Below are positions 26,258-32,000 of a stretch of DNA of 32,000 nt, one piece after another (within the stretch, counting starts at the first letter, position 1; every line of letters begins with the position of its first letter). The translations under genes and the position numbers were made by a program. The DNA comes from Pseudoalteromonas tetraodonis. GTDB lineage: Bacteria; Pseudomonadota; Gammaproteobacteria; Enterobacterales; Alteromonadaceae. The notes under the pieces are model-generated. The model was given only the letters and a program-made list of their open reading frames with translations. It had not been told where the DNA came from and did no database searches. The stretch covers positions 360,001-392,000 of the forward strand of contig NZ_CP011041.1 in the NCBI RefSeq assembly GCF_002310835.1. The letters run 5' to 3'.

Positions 26258-26290
26258 AAAACACCGTATTTAATTTAAATGCGGTGTTTT
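26258..26290. terminator. Bidirectional terminator hairpin between zapE and galE
   Basis: AAAACACCGTATTTAA-T-TTAAATGCGGTGTTTT is a near-perfect 33-nt palindrome with A and T flanks on both sides. Confidence 0.7.
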
Positions 26291-26299
26291 AATTTTAAG

Positions 26300-26309
26300 C
26301 TGATAACTT
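26300..26309. repeat. CTGATAACTT box (variant of CTGACAACT)
   Basis: It lies 10 nt 3' of the hairpin and 10 nt from the galE stop. This is the same relative position as the boxes at 19821-19836 and 31477-31487. Confidence 0.35.
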
Positions 26310-26319
26310 AAAGAAGCCT

Positions 26320-27336
26320 TTATGACTTATATCCATTTGGATTATTTGATTGCCAGCGCCAAGTATCTTGCATCATGACATCAATACCACGCTCTGCTTG
26401 CCAACCTAGTTCACTAAGGGCTTTTTCTGGCGCAGCATAACAGGCTGCAATATCACCTGGGCGACGAGGTGACACCGCATAAGGGATTGCTTGGTCGCTA
26501 GCCTTAATAAACGCATTGACCATTTGTAATACTGAATAGCCGTTACCTGTACCAAGGTTATAAACAAGCGCACCGGTTTCTGCGGCTATTTTATCAAGTG
26601 CTTTTAAATGCCCTAGGGCTAAATCTACAACGTGAATGTAATCACGAACGCCAGTACCATCAACCGTATCATAATCGTCGCCAAATACAGCAAGTTGTTT
26701 TAATTTGCCAACCGCAACTTGTGAAATGAAAGGCAATAAATTATTAGGAATACCATTAGGGTCTTCACCAATCAAACCTGACTCATGTGCACCAACAGGA
26801 TTAAAGTAGCGCAAAATAGCAAACGCGAAGCGCTCATCTGATTTAGCGATATCTTGCAACATCATTTCAACCATTAGTTTAGACGTACCATATGGATTGG
26901 TTGTACCGCCAACGGGGAAGTCTTCGCGTATTGGTAAGCTTGCTGGGTCGCCGTATACAGTGGCGGATGAGCTAAATACCAGTTTGAATACACCTGCATC
27001 ACGCATAGCATCAACCAGTGTTAGTGTACCTTGTACATTATTTTGATAATACTCAATGGGTTTTACGACCGATTCTCCCACGGCTTTTAGGCCAGCAAAA
27101 TGAATAACACTTTCAATGGTATGCTTGGCAAATACCGAGTCTAAAAAGGGTTTATCTAAAATATCACCTTGATAAAAAGTAATTGCTTTGTCAGTTATTT
27201 TTTTCACTCTTTCAAGTGACTCTTCAGAGGAGTTACTTAAGTTATCAATCACGATAACGTCGCTGCCTTGCTGTAAAAGTTCTAAAACGGTGTGTGAGCC
27301 AATATAGCCTGCGCCACCGGTTACTAAAATTGCCAT
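26320..27336 (-). CDS. galE: UDP-glucose 4-epimerase
   Basis: Start moved to the ATG at 27336 (AAGGAG SD upstream). [32 protein letters not shown] (YxxxK). It aligns by eye with E. coli GalE (338 aa). Confidence 0.93.
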   Translation of the reverse strand: MAILVTGGAGYIGSHTVLELLQQGSDVIVIDNLSNSSEESLERVKKITDKAITFYQGDILDKPFLDSVFAKHTIESVIHFAGLKAVGESVVKPIEYYQNNVQGTLTLVDAMRDAGVFKLVFSSSATVYGDPASLPIREDFPVGGTTNPYGTSKLMVEMMLQDIAKSDERFAFAILRYFNPVGAHESGLIGEDPNGIPNNLLPFISQVAVGKLKQLAVFGDDYDTVDGTGVRDYIHVVDLALGHLKALDKIAAETGALVYNLGTGNGYSVLQMVNAFIKASDQAIPYAVSPRRPGDIAACYAAPEKALSELGWQAERGIDVMMQDTWRWQSNNPNGYKS

Positions 27337-27587
27337 GAATGCTCCTTGGAAACCTCTGTTCAATTAAGTTAATTTCACCATAAATACTGAGCTTTTACAT
27401 GTATTATTTTGTTTGTTTTGCAATCGTAACATCGCAAGCTGTACTTTTGATTACATTTTGTGCAATTTTAATAACACCGCAGTAGAAAGATTAAGTTATA
27501 GTTCATATGTAATTGCTAAAGTAAGGTATAGCAATTTGTAAAATATTTAGTTGATTATAATGATCAGCATACTCGTTGGAGAAACGT

Positions 27588-28073
27588 ATGAACTCAGTTA
27601 AAAAAATAGCAATGTTGATATTTATTGCACTACCGAGTGTTGTTTGCGCGGGTGAGGCACAAGTGAAATGGCATGACTTTAATGATTATCGCGATGTACG
27701 CCCATCAAACCAAACTAAAGGCTCATACCACAAGCAAATTGCCAAAAATATTGATGAGCACTTTGCAAAGCTCAGTGAGCAGCTTCCTAAAAATTATAGT
27801 TTAAAAATTGAAGTAACCGATTTAGATTTAGCTGGTGACGTGCGCTATGGCGGTGTTAACGAAATTCGGGTGGTTAAACCCATTCACTTTCCACGGATTG
27901 AATTTAACTATGTGCTTAGTAATGAAAGTGGTGTTGTTGCACAAGAAGACAACGTGAGCTTAAAAGATATGGGCTTTATGGATAAAATTAAAATAGGTCG
28001 AGACGAAGCATTTTACTATGAAAAACGCTTATTAACAGAGTGGTTTGGTGAGCAAATTTTACCGCGTATCTAG
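27588..28073 (+). CDS. DUF3016-like secreted protein (hypothetical)
   Basis: The ATG at 27588 is preceded by GGAG-N6. It has a signal peptide (ALPSVVCA/GE). The DUF3016 assignment comes from memory of the size and the KWHDFNDYRDVRP-type N-terminus. Confidence 0.5.
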   Translation: MNSVKKIAMLIFIALPSVVCAGEAQVKWHDFNDYRDVRPSNQTKGSYHKQIAKNIDEHFAKLSEQLPKNYSLKIEVTDLDLAGDVRYGGVNEIRVVKPIHFPRIEFNYVLSNESGVVAQEDNVSLKDMGFMDKIKIGRDEAFYYEKRLLTEWFGEQILPRI

Positions 28074-28080
28074 CTAATAA

Positions 28081-28112
28081 TGCAAAGCATCTACTTTGGT
28101 AGATGCTTTGCA
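28081..28112. terminator. 14-bp perfect hairpin between convergent genes (weak U-tracts)
   Basis: TGCAAAGCATCTAC-TTTG-GTAGATGCTTTGCA, with no clean T-run on either side. Confidence 0.45.
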
Positions 28113-28128
28113 AAGAAGTCGCTCATTT

Positions 28129-28419
28129 TTATTTAAAGGTCGCTAACAGCGTTAGTAAATTTTGTAGTTTAATAACCGCTTTTTTTAGTTTTTCTTCATC
28201 CAAACCGTCGCTCGATAAGCTTTCTACATCAGCGGCAACGTCTAACACGTAAGGCTTAAAACGTTTAGCTTCGAAACTAAATCCAGCGTCCTCGGCAAAT
28301 AAGGCTTTAAATTTTCCGTGACCTTGCTGTTGTAACTCATCGAGTTTTTTGTCAGCGTCAAGTGCCTGACGGTAAACAATTTTTAAGTTGGCGTTGAGTT
28401 GTTCAATTATAGAATCCAT
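28129..28419 (-). CDS. Hypothetical helical protein (96 aa)
   Basis: ATG-initiated ORF with coiled-coil-like composition. It is divergent from the YjfB-like gene. No confident family. Confidence 0.45.
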   Translation of the reverse strand: MDSIIEQLNANLKIVYRQALDADKKLDELQQQGHGKFKALFAEDAGFSFEAKRFKPYVLDVAADVESLSSDGLDEEKLKKAVIKLQNLLTLLATFK

Positions 28420-28427
28420 GGTTTTCC

Positions 28428-28454
28428 TAAAGCTTAGTGCAATGTTGCCGATAA
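28428..28454 (+). promoter_or_regulatory. Sigma-28 (FliA) class-III-type promoter
   Basis: TAAAGCTT-N11-GCCGATAA compared with the enteric consensus TAAAGTTT-N11-GCCGATAA. It lies 82 nt upstream of the ATG at 28536. Confidence 0.7.
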
Positions 28455-28467
28455 ATACTTAAGTGGG

Positions 28468-28487
28468 TTGGTAAAGTAATTTACCAA
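28468..28487 (+). promoter_or_regulatory. 20-nt palindrome TTGGTAAA-GTAA-TTTACCAA in the predicted 5' UTR
   Basis: It lies just downstream of the predicted sigma-28 transcription start (~28461). It could form an 8-bp hairpin or be a protein site. Confidence 0.3.
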
Positions 28488-28535
28488 TTCAGCGACTATA
28501 ATACGTGTATTACATTTAAATGTCAGGTGTGAGTT

Positions 28536-28745
28536 ATGAATATATCAGGTGGAAATCTACCTACAATCCCTGGTGCAGGCCAAGGCGCAGAGGTTTTAAC
28601 TGCTGCTTTATCTAAAAAGCAACAGCAAGCTGATGGCGCCGCTGCACTTGCGCTTATTGAAGGTGCTACACAAACCTCAAGTGCACAAACACCGGCTAAG
28701 TCGGTTACTGCAACACTTGGGAATAATGTAAACGTTTATGTTTAA
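28536..28745 (+). CDS. YjfB-family 'putative motility protein' (69 aa)
   Basis: The pattern is an N-terminal Gly/Ala stretch, then LSKKQQQADGAAALALIEG, then C-terminal LGNNVNVYV. This resembles the YjfB_motility family as I recall it. The FliA promoter upstream supports a motility link. Confidence 0.6.
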   Translation: MNISGGNLPTIPGAGQGAEVLTAALSKKQQQADGAAALALIEGATQTSSAQTPAKSVTATLGNNVNVYV

Positions 28746-29761
28746 ACCAATTTGAGGTCAATAGGGGTTTTACTTTTTTGGCCCCCTATTTCTCTTACTA
28801 GTTTAGGCACTAAAAATCCTGGCAGGGCTTCTAAAAGCTCTGCCATTATTTTTATGGCTTGTGCCTCATCTATATCAAAATGACTTGCGCCTTCTACCTT
28901 ATCCAGTAAGTGTAAGTAATAAGGCATTACGTCTGTATCAAACAAGGCTTCACTTAAGTTTATTTGCGCATCAACTGTATCGTTAACATCTTTTAAAATA
29001 ACCGCCTGATTTAATAACAGTACATTGGCTTGTTTTAGCATGTTCATGGCGTTTTTAAAGTCACTATCTATTTCGTTAGCATGGTTAATATGATTCACGA
29101 ATATAACTTTTAGTGGTGACTTTGCTAATCTTTCACATAATTGTTCAGTAATGCGTGCAGGGATCACAACGGGTAAGCGGCTGTGTATGCGCATCCGTTT
29201 TATTTGTGGTATTTGCTCAAGCTCATCTAAAAACCAACTAATAGCATCGTCTTTGGCCATTAGTGGATCGCCACCACTTAAAATCACTTCGTTAATATTT
29301 TTATCAGCTTGTATATAGCTCAATGCATCAATAAGGCTGCGTTTATTTAACTGGTTTTCTTGATAAGGAAAATGGCGTCTAAAGCAGTAGCGGCAATTTA
29401 CCGCACAACCAGTTTTAAACATGACTAAAACACGTGATTTATATTTATGTAACAGACCTGGTTGATTGTTATCTTGCTCAAGTAGCGGATCTTTATTAAA
29501 CCCCGACTTAGTTAAAAATTCTTGATGGCGAGGCATAACTTGCAGCAATAAAGGATCATTTGCATCGCCATGACGAATTTTTTTTATAAAAGGCAATGGC
29601 ACACGAACAGGAAACAAGCTACGAGCTTTTATGTCGTTTTCATGGACTTGGCTCGATAAACCAACCATTTCTAACAACACTTTTGGGCAGGTAACTACAT
29701 TTGCTAATTCTTTTTGCCAGTTTTTATGCAAATTTGCTTCATTTCTTTGTATCATTGGCAC
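28742..29761 (-). CDS. epmB: EF-P beta-lysylation protein EpmB (lysine 2,3-aminomutase-like radical SAM)
   Basis: CAVNCRYCFRRHFPY radical-SAM motif, plus NWQKELANVVT and PGLLHKYKSRVL. It aligns by eye with E. coli EpmB and is divergent from efp as in E. coli. Confidence 0.93.
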   Translation of the reverse strand: MPMIQRNEANLHKNWQKELANVVTCPKVLLEMVGLSSQVHENDIKARSLFPVRVPLPFIKKIRHGDANDPLLLQVMPRHQEFLTKSGFNKDPLLEQDNNQPGLLHKYKSRVLVMFKTGCAVNCRYCFRRHFPYQENQLNKRSLIDALSYIQADKNINEVILSGGDPLMAKDDAISWFLDELEQIPQIKRMRIHSRLPVVIPARITEQLCERLAKSPLKVIFVNHINHANEIDSDFKNAMNMLKQANVLLLNQAVILKDVNDTVDAQINLSEALFDTDVMPYYLHLLDKVEGASHFDIDEAQAIKIMAELLEALPGFLVPKLVREIGGQKSKTPIDLKLV

Positions 29762-29795
29762 GTAGATTACTCGAAAAATATAAATAGAGGAAACG

Positions 29796-30362
29796 ATGGC
29801 GAATTATAGCACCAACGAGTTCAAGGGCGGCCTAAAAATTATGATGGACGGCGAACCTTGCAGTATCTTAGAAAATGAAATGGTAAAACCGGGTAAAGGC
29901 CAAGCGTTTAACCGTGTTCGTATCCGTAAGCTTATCTCTGGCAAGGTACTTGAAAAAACCTTTAAATCGGGTGAATCGGTTGAAGGTGCTGATGTAATGG
30001 ATACCGATTTAGCGTACCTATATACAGACGGTGAATTTTGGCATTTCATGAACAATGAAACATTTGAACAAATCGCTGCTGACGAAAAAGCACTGGGCGA
30101 TGCTGGAAAATGGTTAGTTGAAAACGATGTATGTACTATTACATTATGGAACGGCAGCCCAATTGCTGTAACTCCACCAAACTTTGTTGAGCTTGAGATT
30201 ACTGAAACTGATCCGGGCCTTAAAGGTGATACAGCGGGCACAGGTGGTAAACCAGCAACGCTTAGCACAGGTGCTGTAGTACGTGTTCCATTATTCGTAC
30301 AAATTGGCGAAGTAATTAAAGTAGACACTCGTAATGGTGAATACGTGAGCCGTGTTAAGTAA
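29796..30362 (+). CDS. efp: Elongation factor P
   Basis: 188 aa. [16 protein letters not shown] includes Lys34, the beta-lysylation site. Confidence 0.97.
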   Translation: MANYSTNEFKGGLKIMMDGEPCSILENEMVKPGKGQAFNRVRIRKLISGKVLEKTFKSGESVEGADVMDTDLAYLYTDGEFWHFMNNETFEQIAADEKALGDAGKWLVENDVCTITLWNGSPIAVTPPNFVELEITETDPGLKGDTAGTGGKPATLSTGAVVRVPLFVQIGEVIKVDTRNGEYVSRVK

Positions 30363-30384
30363 GCAGCAACGCGTCTTATTAATT

Positions 30385-30413
30385 AAATCCCGGCTTAAGC
30401 TGGGATTTTTTTT
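30385..30413 (+). terminator. Rho-independent terminator/attenuator between efp and epmA
   Basis: Stem AAATCCCGGC / GCTGGGATTT (one G.U) with loop TTAA, followed by a run of T. It abuts the epmA SD (GGAG at 30414-30417). Confidence 0.7.
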
Positions 30414-30422
30414 GGAGAAAAT

Positions 30423-31397
30423 ATGTCAGCAGATCTTTGGAAGCCGAGTGCCAGCATAGAAATACTTAAGCAACGCGCAGCAATTATGCGCAGCATTCGG
30501 GAATTCTTTTATGAGCGTAATGTAATGGAAGTCGAAACACCGAGTTTAAGTGCTGCCAGTGTAACCGATGTGCATTTAGCCAGCTTTAATACTACATTTG
30601 TGGGCCCAGGCCATGCTGGTGGGCTACCCCTGTTTTTGCAAACATCTCCAGAGTTTGCGATGAAACGCTTGTTAGCGGCCGGCTCAGGCGCTATTTTTCA
30701 GCTTTGTAAGGCATTTCGAAATGAAGAAGCGGGCAGTCATCATAATCCTGAATTTACTATGCTTGAATGGTATCGGCCTGGGTTTGACGAATTTGCTTTA
30801 ATGGACGAAATAGATGAGCTAATGCAGCTCATTCTTGAGGTTGCGCCTGCAGAGCGCGTTACCTACCAACAGGCATTTGAACGCGCGTTAGGGGTCGATC
30901 CATTAACTGTATCTATCACGCAGTTACAACAACTCGCATGCGAACATGGCTTTGCTGATATTGCTAAAAACGAGACTCATAAAGATACCTTGCTGCAATT
31001 ATTATTTTGTATGAAAGTAGAGCCAACAATAGGACAAGATAAGCCATGTTTTGTGTATCACTTTCCGGCATCACAAGCGGCACTGGCACAAATTTGTGAG
31101 CACGATGAGCGAGTAGCAGGGCGCTTTGAGTTGTATTATAAAAATATGGAACTGGCTAACGGCTTTAATGAGCTCACTAATGCTAAAGAACAAGCAAAAA
31201 GGTTTAACGAAGACAACACCTATCGTGCTGCTAACGGCTTAAAGCAAGTTCCTATGGATACGCGTTTAATTGCGGCATTGGAACATGGTTTAGAGCAATG
31301 TGCGGGGGTTGCATTAGGGATTGATAGACTCGTGATGCTAGCAACCAATAAACAAAAAATAAAAGAAGTGATTGCGTTTGATGTGACCAGAGCTTAA
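30423..31397 (+). CDS. epmA: EF-P--(R)-beta-lysine ligase EpmA (GenX/PoxA)
   Basis: It can be aligned by eye with E. coli EpmA throughout: WQPSASI-like N-terminus, [48 protein letters not shown]. Confidence 0.95.
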   Translation: MSADLWKPSASIEILKQRAAIMRSIREFFYERNVMEVETPSLSAASVTDVHLASFNTTFVGPGHAGGLPLFLQTSPEFAMKRLLAAGSGAIFQLCKAFRNEEAGSHHNPEFTMLEWYRPGFDEFALMDEIDELMQLILEVAPAERVTYQQAFERALGVDPLTVSITQLQQLACEHGFADIAKNETHKDTLLQLLFCMKVEPTIGQDKPCFVYHFPASQAALAQICEHDERVAGRFELYYKNMELANGFNELTNAKEQAKRFNEDNTYRAANGLKQVPMDTRLIAALEHGLEQCAGVALGIDRLVMLATNKQKIKEVIAFDVTRA

Positions 31398-31434
31398 AGC
31401 AGCTAATTGCTTTTAGCGGTCAGCTATCAGATAA

Positions 31435-31467
31435 AAAACACCGCGTTTGCATTAAACGCGGTGTTTT
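31435..31467. terminator. Bidirectional terminator hairpin between epmA and the TonB-dependent receptor gene
   Basis: AAAACACCGCGTTT-GCATT-AAACGCGGTGTTTT. It has the same 9-nt outer arms and the same 33-nt length as the hairpin at 26258-26290. Confidence 0.75.
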
Positions 31468-31476
31468 CTATTCTCG

Positions 31477-31487
31477 AACTGACAACT
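31477..31487. repeat. AACTGACAACT box
   Basis: Exact 11-mer copy of 19826-19836. It lies 10 nt 3' of the hairpin and 11 nt from the receptor gene stop. Confidence 0.45.
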
Positions 31488-31498
31488 GGTTCGCTGTA

Positions 31499-32000
31499 TT
31501 ACAGATTAAGCGTAAACGTAACGCCGGCCACACGTGGCTCACCTAGTTGAATGTAAGTTTGACTTGTATAACCATCTAACGGGTTGTTACCAAATTCAAA
31601 ACCGCGAGTTGGAACGGTTTCATCAAACACATTACGTGCCCATGCACGAACAGCCCAGTTTTCTGCTTCGTAACCAAGGCTCGCATTTACTAAGTTTGTA
31701 TTTGGAGCTTGTGCATTATGGCTGTCTGAGAAGTAATAATCGTCTTTTCCTTCAACGCCTAACATTGCATATAGCTCATCAGTAACATTGTAGCGTGCAC
31801 TAAATGCGTATTGGTATTTAGGCGCTTGTGCTTGCTCGCGGCCATCTTGGTTTAAGCCCGACTTAGTGACAAAGTCGTTTATTTTCGTATCTAAATAGCC
31901 AGCGCTACCGCTAATGAGTAAATTATCAGTAAGTAAGTAGCTGCCTTCAATTTCAAGACCGTAGTTGCTGCCAGAGCTGGCATTGGCGACATAACCGGTA
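31499..32000 (-). CDS. TonB-dependent receptor, C-terminal ~166 aa (the 5' end lies beyond the window)
   Basis: I translated the minus strand by hand from nt 32000, and the frame is open to the window edge: TGYVANASSGSNYGLEIEGSYLL...YAFSARYNVTDELYAMLGVEGKDDYYF...RVAGVTFTLNL. The alternating beta-strand pattern and the C-terminus are typical of a TBDR barrel. Confidence 0.8.
   Translation of the reverse strand, partial: TGYVANASSGSNYGLEIEGSYLLTDNLLISGSAGYLDTKINDFVTKSGLNQDGREQAQAPKYQYAFSARYNVTDELYAMLGVEGKDDYYFSDSHNAQAPNTNLVNASLGYEAENWAVRAWARNVFDETVPTRGFEFGNNPLDGYTSQTYIQLGEPRVAGVTFTLNL

Noticed and set aside
28129-28419. Assigning the 96-aa protein as PriC-like, or as a flagellar chaperone because of the adjacent FliA promoter
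   Set aside because: There is only a vague helical F..LF pattern resembling the PriC N-terminus, and the protein is about half the length of PriC. The FliA promoter points away from it. I leave it as hypothetical.
28497-28502. TATAAT hexamer as a sigma-70 -10 element for the YjfB-like gene
   Set aside because: There is no acceptable -35 at 16-18 nt spacing. The upstream sigma-28 match is far better.
29804-30328. A 174-codon ORF antisense to almost the whole of efp
   Set aside because: Its product is low-complexity and rich in S/T/P/V. It has no start context and sits in the antisense frame where stops only arise from sense NNT/C-TAN or NNT-CAN dicodons, which are rare in this highly biased gene. 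efp itself is unambiguous.
26-31785. Short ORFs in the track that lie inside or antisense to confident genes (26-256, 2660-2875, 3923-4135, 4741-5025, 5588-5833, 6899-7081, 7540-7737, 10324-10563, 10446-10673, 10819-11001, 12061-12258, 12092-12274, 12282-12518, 13980-14183, 19977-20255, 21418-21669, 22350-22622, 25085-25291, 31534-31785)
   Set aside because: All of them overlap longer ORFs that have clear family motifs. Their translations are low-complexity or Cys/Ser/Leu-rich with no recognisable motif and no SD.
31766-32000. Possible truncation or pseudogenisation of the TonB-dependent receptor, because the ORF track starts it at 31765
   Set aside because: Hand translation of the minus strand shows the same frame is open from 32000 down to the stop at 31499. 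The track simply starts at the first Met, so the gene is merely cut by the window edge.
1-32000. CRISPR arrays, tRNA/rRNA genes, IS elements, integrases, prophage or defence-island genes
   Set aside because: There are no regularly spaced direct repeats, no tRNA-like T-arm motifs in any spacer longer than 100 nt, and no transposase, integrase or nuclease-like ORFs. All spacers are 251 nt or shorter.

Overview
This is a densely packed chromosomal window of roughly 40% GC (judged by eye) from a gammaproteobacterium. Gene content and order (rng-yhdP-nit-tldD, long-form purC, epmB-efp-epmA, many exported DUF proteins) look like Alteromonadales or Pseudoalteromonas; that is an inference I cannot verify without a database. 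I call 32 protein-coding genes, two of them cut by the window edges. I also call about nine Rho-independent-type hairpins, one near-consensus sigma-28 promoter and a few candidate operator palindromes. I recognised no rRNA, tRNA, CRISPR array, transposase or integrase. The housekeeping blocks are rng(partial)-yhdP-nitrilase-tldD (translationally coupled), purC, sseA, fbp, rsuA/zapE, galE, the full EF-P beta-lysylation set epmB-efp-epmA, and a partial TonB-dependent receptor. Four poorly characterised blocks stand out. (i) 13.0-17.3 kb holds four overlapping genes that all encode exported proteins: an amicyanin-like type-1-copper cupredoxin, a GGDEF-EAL enzyme with a large periplasmic domain, a DUF3034 putative outer-membrane barrel, and a truncated haemoglobin with a lipoprotein signal. 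This is my best candidate for an undescribed periplasmic redox/gas/copper-sensing c-di-GMP system. (ii) 8.1-11.6 kb holds a TagF-like glycerophosphotransferase gene 6 nt upstream of a MacB/FtsX-type ABC pair and a DUF3299 gene; the permease carries His/Asp-rich periplasmic inserts. (iii) An orphan YjfB-family small gene sits behind a near-perfect FliA promoter, and its transcription runs antisense into epmB. (iv) A hairpin plus a CTGAYAACT box recurs at three convergent gene junctions. All family assignments rest on motifs read by eye from the translations. No searches were run.
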